A DNA stretch of 64,000 nt from the NCBI GenBank assembly GCA_019116115.1, contig DXCF01000005.1, forward strand, positions 15,495 to 79,494, read 5' to 3'. Of the stretch, positions 49,226-59,302 are shown one piece after another. The position numbers were made by a program, and so were the translations under genes. The number at the start of each line of letters is the position of its first letter. Position 1 is the first letter of the stretch. The notes beneath the pieces were generated by a model that had not been told where the DNA came from, ran no database searches, and saw nothing but the letters and a program-made list of their open reading frames with translations. Source of the DNA: Candidatus Borkfalkia avicola. Lineage in GTDB: Bacteria > Bacillota > Clostridia > Christensenellales > Borkfalkiaceae.

Positions 49226-50812
49226 TCATCTCTTTTCCAGCTCGCTGCGGTCGATCTTGCCGATGAGGTTGACGGGAAGGCGGTCTTCGAAGACGATCTC
49301 CTTCGGTACAGCGTAGGCGATGAGGACGCGGCGGCACTCTTCCGTGATGCGGACGGAGAGGTCGGCGCGGTCTGCCCCCGGGGAAGGCTCCACGAACAGG
49401 CGGACAACCTGCCCTTTCACCGCGTCGGGAATGCCGACGGCGCACGCCTTGCGCACGCCCTTCACGCCCTGCGCGGCGGCTTCGATCTCCGAAGGGTATA
49501 CGGGCACGCCGCTCACCTTGATCATGTTCTTGATGCGCTGTTTGAAATAGAGGTAGCCGTCTTCGTCGAGCCAGCCGTAGTCGCCCGTTTTCAGCCAGCG
49601 GACGCCGTCTTCCTCCTCGAAAGGAGAACCGTTCCCGTGCAGGTAGCCGAGCATGAACTGGTCGGTGTGCAGCCATATCTCCCCCACTTCTCCCGCGGGG
49701 AGGTCTTTGCCGTCCTTGACGATGCGCACGCGCGTGCCGGAGAGCGGATAGCCGATGGAGTTCTCCCGGTGGTGCGCGAGGGTGTTGACGAGGCAGACGG
49801 TGACGGTTTCCGTCAAACCGTAGCCGACGTACATCCGCGCCGAACTGCCGCCCTTTTCCAGCGCTTCGTTGAAGTCGTCGATGAGCTGCTGGGGAACGCT
49901 GTCTCCTCCGACGTAGACGTCCTTTATGTTGGAGAGGTCTGCCCCGGTGAACGCCTTTTCGCCGAGCAGCTTCAGGAACATGGTGGGAACGCCCGTGAGG
50001 ATGTTCGCCTTGCCCTTTACGATCTGGCGGGCGCTCATTTTAGGGCTGAACTTGATGCACATGATGTTCGTGCGGCGCATGAGCGTGCACATGTGCATAT
50101 TGATGCAGAGCCCGAAGCCGTGGAAAATGGGCAGAACGTTATAAAGAGCGCGGTAATTTCCGATGGGTTCGCTCAGAAATTCTTCCGCCTTCGCGCAGAG
50201 GCGGTTGAACACGGAATTGTCGTGCGCGATGATCTTGGGTTCGCCCGTCGTGCCGCCGCTGGCGAGATAGACGGCGGGTTCGCCGTCTTTCCACTTTGCC
50301 GCGGGGAGGCGCGGGTTGCCGCGCTTTTTAAGGAGCGGCTCGAACGGCTCGCCGAACGCCGTGCGTTCGTTGGTCATCTTATAATAGATGCGCGGGACGA
50401 GCCCCATGTACGAGGAGCTGTCGCTCACAAGCGCGGGGATGCCGAAATCCGCCTGCCCGCATTTGTACAGGTCGTATACGAGGATGAGCTTGCTGCCCGT
50501 CTGCCGCGCGCTCTCTTTCAGCTTTTCGGGCGGGAGAAAGGGATGCACGAGATTGACGCGCGCGCCCAGCTTGTTCGCCGCATAAAAGCAATACAGCGCG
50601 GCGGGAGAGTTGGGCATGCACAGCGTGACGGTATCTCCCTTGCCGATGCAGTACTCCGCGGCGAGGTTGTCCGCAAGGGTGTCTATGGCGGCGAACACGT
50701 CGTCGAAGGAATATTTTTTTCCGTAGAAGGAGATCGCGGTGCGGACGGTGCTGCCCGAAATGTTCAGCAGCAGCGCATCGTACATAGAGGTGTCTGCGGG
50801 GATCGTTTTCAT
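49226..50812 (-). CDS. AMP-binding acyl-CoA synthetase (long-chain fatty acid--CoA ligase-like)
   Basis: YLASGGTTGEPK, GYGLTET, LKTGDYG, RIKNMIKVSG..VYPSEIE, GKIDR. Confidence 0.9.
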   Translation of the reverse strand: MKTIPADTSMYDALLLNISGSTVRTAISFYGKKYSFDDVFAAIDTLADNLAAEYCIGKGDTVTLCMPNSPAALYCFYAANKLGARVNLVHPFLPPEKLKESARQTGSKLILVYDLYKCGQADFGIPALVSDSSSYMGLVPRIYYKMTNERTAFGEPFEPLLKKRGNPRLPAAKWKDGEPAVYLASGGTTGEPKIIAHDNSVFNRLCAKAEEFLSEPIGNYRALYNVLPIFHGFGLCINMHMCTLMRRTNIMCIKFSPKMSARQIVKGKANILTGVPTMFLKLLGEKAFTGADLSNIKDVYVGGDSVPQQLIDDFNEALEKGGSSARMYVGYGLTETVTVCLVNTLAHHRENSIGYPLSGTRVRIVKDGKDLPAGEVGEIWLHTDQFMLGYLHGNGSPFEEEDGVRWLKTGDYGWLDEDGYLYFKQRIKNMIKVSGVPVYPSEIEAAAQGVKGVRKACAVGIPDAVKGQVVRLFVEPSPGADRADLSVRITEECRRVLIAYAVPKEIVFEDRLPVNLIGKIDRSELEKR

Positions 50813-50839
50813 ACAGACGTATGCTTCCTTTTTGGTTTT

Positions 50840-51751
50840 TTATGTGAAGAGCATTGAGATCGCCGCGCAGAGCGCGAGGAATACGGGAATGGCGACCATG
50901 TGCGCGATGTAGATGACGGCGGCGTGCCTGCCGAAGAAGCAGATGCCGCTGTTCCACGCGCCGCCGAAGGGCGCGAAGGCATACTTCGCGTCGGTGTGGT
51001 AGCACAGCCTGCCGAAGATGCCGCCGATAAGCACCAGCGCCGCCCACGGCAGGATGGGGAAATAATCGCCCGAGTCCGGCGTGAAATTGCGGATATACAG
51101 GAAGGTGGACACGAAGGTCTTTTCGGCGTTCGTCGCCCCCGCCGCGTCGTAGAGGGAATGCACGTCCCACACCCCGTACGCAAAGCGCAGTTCGGCGTAG
51201 CCGCCGCCGAACAGCCAGGCGAGAAAGACGATGCCCATGACGCCGGGCAGGAACCTCACCGCGTATTTTGCGATGCGCGCCGCCTTCCCCTCTCCGAGCA
51301 CGCCGCAGACGGCGCCCGCGACGCCGTCGTACACGGCATAGAGGAAGATGCCGCAGGCGAGCATGTGGATGACGCCGAAGATGACCTGCTGGCCCATCCC
51401 CAGCTGTTCGAGGAGGGAGGTGACGAACGAGATGCCCGCGGCGACCAGCGCGAGCGGGATGCTGCGGCGGAAGTTGCCGCGGGTGAGGGTGCAGCTGACG
51501 CCGCAGAGCAGGAAAAAGACGGAGATGACCACGAGGCGCACGTTTTCGCGCACGTCCCACCGCCAATATTCCAGTGCGAGCTGCCTGCTCTCCGTGAACA
51601 GGTGCGTGCCGAACATCTGGTTGATGGCGGGCATGAGATCCCACAGGCAGTACATGAGATGGTCGAACACCATCAGCAGCACGCACAGCCCGCGCAGGAA
51701 GTCGATCTCCCAGAAGCGATCTTTTCCCCTGCCGCTATAACGGCGGGTCAT
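50840..51751 (-). CDS. DUF1624 / heparan-alpha-glucosaminide N-acetyltransferase-domain membrane protein
   Basis: Start reassigned to MTRRYSG; RFWEIDFLRGL...LMVFDH, FGVIHMLA, DYFPILPW, GRHAAVIYIAH. Confidence 0.85.
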   Translation of the reverse strand: MTRRYSGRGKDRFWEIDFLRGLCVLLMVFDHLMYCLWDLMPAINQMFGTHLFTESRQLALEYWRWDVRENVRLVVISVFFLLCGVSCTLTRGNFRRSIPLALVAAGISFVTSLLEQLGMGQQVIFGVIHMLACGIFLYAVYDGVAGAVCGVLGEGKAARIAKYAVRFLPGVMGIVFLAWLFGGGYAELRFAYGVWDVHSLYDAAGATNAEKTFVSTFLYIRNFTPDSGDYFPILPWAALVLIGGIFGRLCYHTDAKYAFAPFGGAWNSGICFFGRHAAVIYIAHMVAIPVFLALCAAISMLFT

Positions 51752-51812
51752 TGTTTTGTAGCCCTCCGCGCCCGGGCGGAGGACGTTTATTCCGCTGCGA
51801 TACATTGTATAC

Positions 51813-51841
51813 AATATACCATTTTCGGGAGGAATTGTCAA
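51813..51841 (-). promoter_or_regulatory. Sigma-A promoter of the DUF1624 / acyl-CoA ligase operon
   Basis: Minus strand TTGACA, 17 nt, TATATT. Confidence 0.75.
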
Positions 51842-52809
51842 TAAAAGCGTGCCTGTTCTTCCGCGTAGATCTCCTCCACCATCTCCCGCAGGCGGGAAAC
51901 GGAGGGGCAGGCGAGCAGCTCCGCGCGCAGCTTCGCGCCGCCGCGCGTACCGCGCAGGTAGAACGCCGCCATCTTGCGCATCTGTACGAGAGTGAACTGT
52001 TCCCCGTAAAAGGGGAGCATATCCTCTATCTGCCCGAGCACGGCGGCGCGTTTGCTCCATCCGCCGCCGCGCCCGAGGATCTCCGCAAAGACGTGCGGGT
52101 CGTACAGCGCCGCGCGGGCGACCATGACGCCGTCGGCGCCCGTTTCGCGGAGCAGTTTTTCCGCGTCGGCGCGGGAAAAGACGCCGCCGTTGGCGATGAC
52201 GGGTATGTTCACCGCCTCCTTCGCCGCGGCGATCTGCGCATAGTCCGGTTCTCCCGCATAGTACATATCCCGCGTGCGGCCGTGCACGGTAATCATGTCC
52301 GCGCCTGCGCCCTCGCACATTCCGGCAAATTCCGCCGCGACGATGCTGTTTTTATCCAGCCCGATGCGGAATTTGACGGTGACCGTCTTCCCGCTCTTTT
52401 TGCAGGCGGAAATGATGCGCTCCGCCCGCGGCAGATCGGCGAGCAGCGCGCTCCCCTCGCCGTTTTTGTACACCTTCGGCACGGGGCAGCCCATATTGAT
52501 ATCGACGATGCGGAAAGGGGCGAGGTGTTCGCTCTCGCAGGCGGCGCGCATGACGGCGGGGTCGCCGCCGAACAGCTGCACCGCCGTGCGCCCCTCCTCT
52601 TCGGGCGCGAGGTGCAGAAGCCGCTTCGTCGCCTCGCTGTTGTACATGAGCCCCTTTGCCGAGACCATCTCGGTAAAGCAAAGCCCCGCGCCGAAAGAAT
52701 AGCACAGTTTGCGGAAGGCAAAGTCGGTATATCCCGCGAGCGGCGCCAACAGGACGTTGTTCGGCAGCAACGTATCCCCGATTTTTATGCTCTGCCCGAT
52801 TTCAGCCAT
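51838..52809 (-). CDS. dusB: tRNA dihydrouridine synthase B
   Basis: LAPLAGYTD, DINMGCPVPKV, TVHGRTR, IANGG. Confidence 0.93.
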   Translation of the reverse strand: MAEIGQSIKIGDTLLPNNVLLAPLAGYTDFAFRKLCYSFGAGLCFTEMVSAKGLMYNSEATKRLLHLAPEEEGRTAVQLFGGDPAVMRAACESEHLAPFRIVDINMGCPVPKVYKNGEGSALLADLPRAERIISACKKSGKTVTVKFRIGLDKNSIVAAEFAGMCEGAGADMITVHGRTRDMYYAGEPDYAQIAAAKEAVNIPVIANGGVFSRADAEKLLRETGADGVMVARAALYDPHVFAEILGRGGGWSKRAAVLGQIEDMLPFYGEQFTLVQMRKMAAFYLRGTRGGAKLRAELLACPSVSRLREMVEEIYAEEQARFY

Positions 52810-54214
52810 TCTGCTTTTTTGCCTCTTCGTAATACTTCCAGAGCGTTTCCGCGTCCAGCTCTTCCATCTTTCTGCCGTCGGCGAGGACGAGCGTCTCCGT
52901 CGCGCAGAAGCGGCGGACGAACTTGTCCGTGCTCTCTTTGAGGCTCATCTCCCCGTCCGCGCCCGCGAGGCGGGCGACGTTGACGGCGGAAAAGAGCAGA
53001 TCCCCCGCCTCTTCGCTTATGTGCGCCTTGTCCCCTTCCTTTACCGCGGACAGAAGTTCGGCGAGCTCCTCCTTCACCTTCTCCCCCGCCTCGGCGGCGT
53101 CTTTGAAGTCGTAGCCGAACTTTGCAGCGCGCTTTGCCGTCTTCTGCGCCCGCATGACGGCGGGGAACGCCGCGGGGACGTCTTTCACGGTATCGGAAGC
53201 GGTCTTCTGCCCCTTCTCTTCCCGCTTGTTCTTCTCCCATACGGAGAGCGCGCCCGCCTCGTTCTCCGCCCTGTCTTTGCCGAAGATGTGCGAATGGCGG
53301 AAGATGAGCTTTTCGCAGACGGCGGAAAGCACGTCTTCGGGGGTGAACGCGCCGCGCTCTTCGGCGATGACGGAGTGGAAGGCGCCCTGCATGAGCACGT
53401 CGCCCGCCTCTTCGAGGATCTTGGAATCGTCTTTGCTGTCGACGGCGTCTACCAGCTCGTACGCCTCTTCGATCATGTTCGCGCGGATGCTCTCGTGCGT
53501 CTGCGCCCTGTCCCACGGGCAGCCGCCGGGCGCGCGGAGAAGGCGCAGGATCGCGACGAGGTCTTCATAGCCGAAGCGCGTGCGCTTGAGGAGCGGGATT
53601 TCGCCGACGACGACGGCGCTCCACGCGTCGTATGTACCCTGCCTGTCTGCCTCGTACAGCTTTATCCTTTTTGCCCTGCCGCCCTGCACGAAGAAGGCGT
53701 CCGCTTCGTCGCCGTACAGCTCGCAGAGGCGCAGCTTCACGTCGCCGGCGATGAGGTCGCAGTCGACGTCGTACACGCACAGCGGGAGGGCGGGGCGGCC
53801 TTCGGGGAGGGAATAGGCGGAAAACGCCGACCTGCCCACCGCGGGCACGCGCGCCGCCGCAAAGGCGGCGTCTGCTTTGGACACGCCCGCATACACGCGC
53901 GCGCCCTTCGCGCGGCGCAGGACGAGCTGCGCGGAGACGTCGTCCGTCACGCTCCCGTCCACGCAGTAGGCGACGTCGCCCTCCTTTGCGGCGGAGAGCA
54001 CGGCGGCGGCGAGTTTTTTGTTCAGCGCATCGAAACTGCGGCAGGACGCATAGAGCGCGTCGAGCGTTTCAAAGGGGATGCCGAGCGCGCGCACGCCCTC
54101 CGCGGGGGCGCCTGTGCCCGTGCGCAGAATGACGCGCACGCCGCTGCGGAGCACGCGTTCCGCCGCGGCGGAGAGGTCTGCGGGGTCACACCCCAAGCCT
54201 ATGATATGGATCAT
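52802..54214 (-). CDS. mazG: Tetrapyrrole-methylase-like / MazG nucleoside triphosphate pyrophosphohydrolase fusion (YabN)
   Basis: Start reassigned to MIHIIGLG; LRAPGGCPWDRAQTHES, EEAYEL, EEAGD, KLIFRHSHIFG. Confidence 0.93.
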   Translation of the reverse strand: MIHIIGLGCDPADLSAAAERVLRSGVRVILRTGTGAPAEGVRALGIPFETLDALYASCRSFDALNKKLAAAVLSAAKEGDVAYCVDGSVTDDVSAQLVLRRAKGARVYAGVSKADAAFAAARVPAVGRSAFSAYSLPEGRPALPLCVYDVDCDLIAGDVKLRLCELYGDEADAFFVQGGRAKRIKLYEADRQGTYDAWSAVVVGEIPLLKRTRFGYEDLVAILRLLRAPGGCPWDRAQTHESIRANMIEEAYELVDAVDSKDDSKILEEAGDVLMQGAFHSVIAEERGAFTPEDVLSAVCEKLIFRHSHIFGKDRAENEAGALSVWEKNKREEKGQKTASDTVKDVPAAFPAVMRAQKTAKRAAKFGYDFKDAAEAGEKVKEELAELLSAVKEGDKAHISEEAGDLLFSAVNVARLAGADGEMSLKESTDKFVRRFCATETLVLADGRKMEELDAETLWKYYEEAKKQNG

Positions 54215-55697
54215 GTTTTTTCCTCCGGAAGAGATCGAGCTCCCGCGCGGAAAACGCGCCGCCGAGAAAGGTGACGGCGAGATACACCGCCGCCGAGACG
54301 GCGAGAGCGAGCAGAACGTGCACGCGCGCCGCGGGGAGCGCCGCACATACGCAGCCCGCGGCGGCGAGGGAGAACCCCGCGGCGTGCCGCAGAAAGCGAA
54401 GGCGGTTTTTTGCTTCCCTTATACTATATAACAAATTGACGAGAAGCGCAACAAAATAACACCCCAAAGAGGCATAAGCCGCGCCCAGAACGGAAATTTG
54501 CGCGTCGCGCAGCAGCACCGCTTCCAGCGCGAGCTTTACCGCGCACGCCGCCGTCATGGACAGCGCCGCGACCTTCGGCTTTCCCCTGCCGGTGAGCACG
54601 GCGGAAAAGGTCTGCACCAGCGACAGCAGCGCCGCGCCGCCCGAAAGGGCGCGGACGAGGGCGGCGAGCATCTCCCCTTCTTCCCCCGCGACGGAGGGAT
54701 ATAAAAAGCGGGCGGTCTGCCCCGCAAACGCGAACAGGAACGCCGCCGAGGGCAGCGCGATAAACAGCGTGTACTTTGCCGCCTGCAGCGCGCGGCGCTC
54801 CGCGGCCGCAGCGCCGCCCGTGACCTGCGCCGCGGATACGGAGGGCACGATCGCCGCCGCGATGCCGTAGCAGACGGATACGGGCAGATTGATGAGCGTG
54901 ACCGCGCTGCCCGCGTACAGGCCGTAGAGCGCGGTGGCGTTCGCCGCATAGCTGCCCACGATGCGCACGATGAGGATGCTCTCTATGATGTTCGAGAGAG
55001 GCAGAACGCCCGCCGCCACCGCCACGGGCACCGTCACCCGCAGAAGCTGCGGGGGAGAGACGCGCCCCGCCCTTTCGCGGTAGAGCGGGCGGCGCTGCCT
55101 GCATTGCAGGAGCAGCCACGCGCAGGCGGCAAATTCGCTCGCCGTGACGGCGAGGAGCGACATCTGCACGGCGCGGGCGGGAAAGAGGGCGGGGAGCGCA
55201 AGCCCCAGCCCCACCTTTACGAGCTGTTCGAGCACTTCGGAGAGCGCCGTGGGCAGAAAGCTGCTGCGGCCCTGGAACCAGCCGCGCACGCAGGAGATCG
55301 CCGATACGAAAAAGACGGACGGCGCGAGCGCGCGGTACGCCGATGCCGCCGCCGGTTCGCCCTGCGCCGCCGCGAACAAGGGCGCGGCGAGGAACATGAC
55401 GAGGCTGCCCGCCGCGCCCACCGCGCAGAACAGGGAAAGCGCCGAAAACAGCACGCCGCGCACCTCTTGCCCGTCCGCCGCGCGGCGGGAGACGATGCGC
55501 GCAAGCCCCGCGGGGATGCCCGTCGCCGAGAGGGTGAGCAGGAGGCAATATAAGGGGTATACCATCTGGTACACCCCCATGCCCTGACCGCCGAGCAGGT
55601 TTGCCAGCGGTATGCGGTAAAACGCGCCGAGTATCTTTGCCGCGATGCCGCCCGCGGATATGATGACCGCGCCCTTGAGAAAGCTCTGCTTTTTCAT
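54186..55697 (-). CDS. yabM: MOP-family flippase, SpoVB/YabM-like
   Basis: Start reassigned to MKKQSFLKGAVII; KILGAFYRIPL..LLG..G.G.YQ..YP; spoVT-yabM-yabN synteny. Confidence 0.88.
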   Translation of the reverse strand: MKKQSFLKGAVIISAGGIAAKILGAFYRIPLANLLGGQGMGVYQMVYPLYCLLLTLSATGIPAGLARIVSRRAADGQEVRGVLFSALSLFCAVGAAGSLVMFLAAPLFAAAQGEPAAASAYRALAPSVFFVSAISCVRGWFQGRSSFLPTALSEVLEQLVKVGLGLALPALFPARAVQMSLLAVTASEFAACAWLLLQCRQRRPLYRERAGRVSPPQLLRVTVPVAVAAGVLPLSNIIESILIVRIVGSYAANATALYGLYAGSAVTLINLPVSVCYGIAAAIVPSVSAAQVTGGAAAAERRALQAAKYTLFIALPSAAFLFAFAGQTARFLYPSVAGEEGEMLAALVRALSGGAALLSLVQTFSAVLTGRGKPKVAALSMTAACAVKLALEAVLLRDAQISVLGAAYASLGCYFVALLVNLLYSIREAKNRLRFLRHAAGFSLAAAGCVCAALPAARVHVLLALAVSAAVYLAVTFLGGAFSARELDLFRRKKHDPYHRLGV

Positions 55698-55725
55698 ATG
55701 TAGGCGGGGAAACCCCGCCCCCGCT

Positions 55726-56271
55726 TCATTCGAACTGGTTTGCGAGGATCTCCGCGGTGAGGCGGCAGAGATTGACCGCGCCGCTCTCCATGCGCGCGCC
55801 CTCTTCCGTCGTGAGCAGGGAGACCGCGCCGAGGCAGTCTCCGCCCGAAACGATGGGCACGATGATCTGCGCGGTGACGCGCACGTTTTCGCCTTCGGTG
55901 AGGGGGACGATGTCTCCCCCTTCCGCAAGGTTCGCGATATAGCTGCGGCGGTCGCGCAGCACCTGTTCGAGCCGCTCGGAGATCTGCCTGCGCGTGAACT
56001 CCCTGCGCTCCCCGCCGGAGGCGTACAGCACTTCGTCCGTATCGCAGATGACCGCCGTGCAGCCGCTCAAATCGCTCAGCGATTTGGTCGTGCCCTCCGA
56101 AAACTTTTCCAGCGTCGCCATCGGCGAATACTTTTTGAGCATGAGCTCGTCCCTGTCCGTGAAAATTTCCAGCGGGTCGCCGTCCTTGATGCGCAGGGTG
56201 CGGCGGATCTCCTTCGGGATCACCACCCTGCCGAGTTCGTCTATCCTCCTTACGATTCCCGTTGCTTTCAT
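55726..56271 (-). CDS. spoVT: Stage V sporulation protein T
   Basis: MKATGIVRRIDELGRVVIPKEIRRTLRIKDGDPLEIF (AbrB-like) plus GAF-like C-terminus (PIVSGGDCLGAV). Confidence 0.94.
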   Translation of the reverse strand: MKATGIVRRIDELGRVVIPKEIRRTLRIKDGDPLEIFTDRDELMLKKYSPMATLEKFSEGTTKSLSDLSGCTAVICDTDEVLYASGGERREFTRRQISERLEQVLRDRRSYIANLAEGGDIVPLTEGENVRVTAQIIVPIVSGGDCLGAVSLLTTEEGARMESGAVNLCRLTAEILANQFE

Positions 56272-56317
56272 TGCTTTCCTCCCTTCCGCCGCCTTTGCCG
56301 CGGCTTGTCGTCGGGAA

Positions 56318-56346
56318 AAGTATGCGTAACTTTTTACCGCTTATTC
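56318..56346 (-). promoter_or_regulatory. Possible sigma-G-type forespore promoter of spoVT
   Basis: Minus strand GAATA, 17 nt, CATACTT, resembling the B. subtilis sigma-G consensus. Confidence 0.4.
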
Positions 56347-56383
56347 CTGCATTATCCTCTTTATGCGGGGGAAAGCCGTAAAA

Positions 56384-59302
56384 TCACAGGAAACGCAGCG
56401 TTTTAATCTCGAAGGGGCGGAAGTTAAGGGGCGCGTCGGGCAGTGCCTCGCCCGCGTTTTCCAGCATATCCGCCGCGCGGCATTGCCTGCCGCCGCAGGC
56501 GACGCGCGCCCGTATCTCTTCGGGCAGATCGTTGTACACGCGCACGACGATGCCCTTTCCGTCATAGGCGGGCTTGACCGTTTCCACGACGGCGTGTTCG
56601 CAGTCCGTGGCGACGAGGGAGGGCGTCTCTTCCCCGCCGACGACGCGCAGCGGCCTGTTCAGCGCGTACGCCGCCTTCGCGACGCCGCCCGCATACGCAT
56701 CCCCCGCGTGCGGGAGCAGGGCATAGGCGAAGTCGTGCTCCCCTTTGTCCTGGTCGGTGCAGGGGTACATCTGGCTGCGCAGCACGTTCATCGACAGCAC
56801 GCCGTTTTTGGCGCGGTAGCCGTACTTGCAGTCGTTGAGCAGCGCGACGCCGTACCCGCGCCCGGAGATATCCGCCCACTTGTGCGCGCAGACCTCGTAC
56901 TGCGCCCATTCGTGCGAATCGTTTTCCTTCATGCTGCGTTTCAGACTGCCGAACTGGATATCGAACGTCGCCTCTTCGGCGACAACGTTCGGGCGGAAAT
57001 CGACGCGCAGCATCTTTTTCGTTTCCTGCCACGAGATGTGATTGCCGAAGTACAGGGCGCGGTCGCCCTCGCGGAGAGTGACCGTCTGGCGGAGCAGCGA
57101 ACCGCCGAACGCATACTCGAACACGATGCCGGCGCAAAAGCCCTCATTGACATACCCGACGCGGCGGCCGCGGAGCGTCTGCGCATCCGAACCCGGATAC
57201 CCGACGTAGGTATCCCAGGCGTCGAAGCTGTCGTCGTACAGGCGGAAGGTGTTGCCGCCGCACATCGCCTCCCGCCCGTTCTCTTTGTCGAAGAGGCGGG
57301 TAAGTTCGCCCGTTTCGGAAAACTCGGCGAGGATGAGGCCGTTTTCGATGCGCAGCCCCCGCGCGCGGCAGCTGCCCTTCCCCTTTGCGGGGACGAGCGC
57401 GGTCAGCGACCACGGCTTCGCCTCCGCCCTGTACCAGGCATCGCCGCATTTCAGGTATTCGCCGCGGGAGAAGGAGGTAGCGTTCAGCGCGCACTTCTTT
57501 TCTCCGCCGCCGAGCACGCGCGCCGTTTCCTCCCCGATGCGGGCGAGGATGGCGCGGTAGCGGGCGCCCGTCTCCTCGTATACCCTGCGGATGGAGGAAC
57601 CGGGCAGGACGTCGTGGAACTGATAGAGCAGCACTTCCTTCCAGATATCGTCAAGCCCCCTCTCATAGACGCCGCTATCGCCTTTGAGCGCGCAGGCAAA
57701 TTCCAGTTCGGCGAGCCTGTTTTCCGCGAGGCGGTTGCACCGCTTGTTTTCCGCCTGCGAGGTGTACGTTCCCTGATGGCGTTCGAGGTACATCTCCCCG
57801 CGGTATTCGGGCAGTTTTTCCCGTTCCTTCGCGAGGGCGGCGAAAAATTCGGCGGACGTGGCGCTCTTTACCCGCGGCATGCCGCTTATGTCCTTTTCGC
57901 GGCGCACGAATTCGAGAAATTCGCGCCCCGGCCCCGCGCCGCCGTCGCCCACGCCGTACAGCAGCATCGCGTTTGCGGAGATGCCGCGCTCGGCGTAATT
58001 TCCGCCCGCCTCGATGATCTTGTCGGGCGCGGCGGAAGAATTGTACGTCCCTTCCGGCGGCATATGCACGAGCACCTCGCTGCCGTCGATCCCCTTCCAG
58101 CGGAAGGAATGGTACGGGAAGGCGTTGACCATGTTCCAGCTCAATTTGATGGTGAGGAAGTTTTCGCAGCCGCAGCCGCGGATGATCTGCGGGAGCGCGC
58201 CCGAAAAACCGAACACGTCGGGCAGCCAGAGGGTGCTGACCTCTTTGCCGAACTCCTCTTTCCAGAATTTTTTGCCGTAATAGAACTGACGGATGAGCGA
58301 CTCTCCGCCGGTGACGTTGGTGTCTGCCTCCACCCACATGCCGCCCTGCACTTCGAAGCGCCCGCCCGCGACGGCCGCCCCGATCTTTTCGTACAGGGCG
58401 GGATAGTCCTCTTTGACCCATTCGAACTGCTGCGGCTGGCTCGCCCCGTACACATATTCCGGATACAGTTTCAGGTTGGCGAGCGCCGTGGAGAACGTTC
58501 TGCCCGCCTTCCTGCGCGTTTCGCGCAGCGGCCACAGCCACGCGAGGTCGAGATGGGAATGCCCCACCGCGAAGAAGGTGAGCGACGGACGCGACGGCCC
58601 GCGGCGAAGAAGGTGCGGTTTCAGCACGCGCAGGAGGCGCTCCGTCTTTTGCCGCGGCATATCCGCCGAAAAGTTGACGGCGACCTCTTCGAGGGCGTAG
58701 AGGATGCCCATCTTTTCGGGGTCGCGCCCGTCCAGCCCCTCCGCGAGGCTGAACAGGAAGGCGTAATCGTAGAGCAGTTCGCGCCGCTTTTCGTCGCAGC
58801 GGTAAATGCCCGCCATGCACAGGCGGCCGCCCTTGAAAGTGCCGAACATATCGTTGCTGCCCGCGTCCACCCATACGTCTACGGGGCGGGTGCGGAACGT
58901 CCCCTCGCGGAAAGGCACATAGCGTTTGCCCTGAAAGGGAAGCATATGCTCGGTCAGCGTCGACACGTTGGTCAGCCCGCGCACGGGCGTGCCGTCCTCG
59001 CCGAAGAGGCAGCCCTCGCCGTCTACGTCGATGCCGAGGTACAGCTCCTCTTCCGGTATGCCCGCGGGCGCCTCGCCCGTGAAGCGGAACCAGGCGCAGT
59101 CGAACAGCGTCCGGCTCCATACGTCGCCCTCCGCGAGCGGCGCATATTGCAGTTTTTCCCGCTCCGCAAAGGGGACGGGCTCCTCCGTACGCGCGAACTC
59201 CGCGCGCAGCGGCGCGACGCGCTCGTACAGCGTGCGCGCCATCTCTTCCGACGTGCGGCGGATCTTCTCCGTCATCAGCCTGTAACGCATGGGCAGCATC
59301 AT
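56384..59302 (-). CDS. Alpha-mannosidase, GH38
   Basis: GHSHLDLAWLWP, GGMWVEAD, WLPDVFGFSG (nucleophile), GDGGAG, QFHDVLPGSSI; promoter TTGACC-17-TACAAT at 59334-59362. Confidence 0.93.
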   Translation of the reverse strand: MMLPMRYRLMTEKIRRTSEEMARTLYERVAPLRAEFARTEEPVPFAEREKLQYAPLAEGDVWSRTLFDCAWFRFTGEAPAGIPEEELYLGIDVDGEGCLFGEDGTPVRGLTNVSTLTEHMLPFQGKRYVPFREGTFRTRPVDVWVDAGSNDMFGTFKGGRLCMAGIYRCDEKRRELLYDYAFLFSLAEGLDGRDPEKMGILYALEEVAVNFSADMPRQKTERLLRVLKPHLLRRGPSRPSLTFFAVGHSHLDLAWLWPLRETRRKAGRTFSTALANLKLYPEYVYGASQPQQFEWVKEDYPALYEKIGAAVAGGRFEVQGGMWVEADTNVTGGESLIRQFYYGKKFWKEEFGKEVSTLWLPDVFGFSGALPQIIRGCGCENFLTIKLSWNMVNAFPYHSFRWKGIDGSEVLVHMPPEGTYNSSAAPDKIIEAGGNYAERGISANAMLLYGVGDGGAGPGREFLEFVRREKDISGMPRVKSATSAEFFAALAKEREKLPEYRGEMYLERHQGTYTSQAENKRCNRLAENRLAELEFACALKGDSGVYERGLDDIWKEVLLYQFHDVLPGSSIRRVYEETGARYRAILARIGEETARVLGGGEKKCALNATSFSRGEYLKCGDAWYRAEAKPWSLTALVPAKGKGSCRARGLRIENGLILAEFSETGELTRLFDKENGREAMCGGNTFRLYDDSFDAWDTYVGYPGSDAQTLRGRRVGYVNEGFCAGIVFEYAFGGSLLRQTVTLREGDRALYFGNHISWQETKKMLRVDFRPNVVAEEATFDIQFGSLKRSMKENDSHEWAQYEVCAHKWADISGRGYGVALLNDCKYGYRAKNGVLSMNVLRSQMYPCTDQDKGEHDFAYALLPHAGDAYAGGVAKAAYALNRPLRVVGGEETPSLVATDCEHAVVETVKPAYDGKGIVVRVYNDLPEEIRARVACGGRQCRAADMLENAGEALPDAPLNFRPFEIKTLRFL

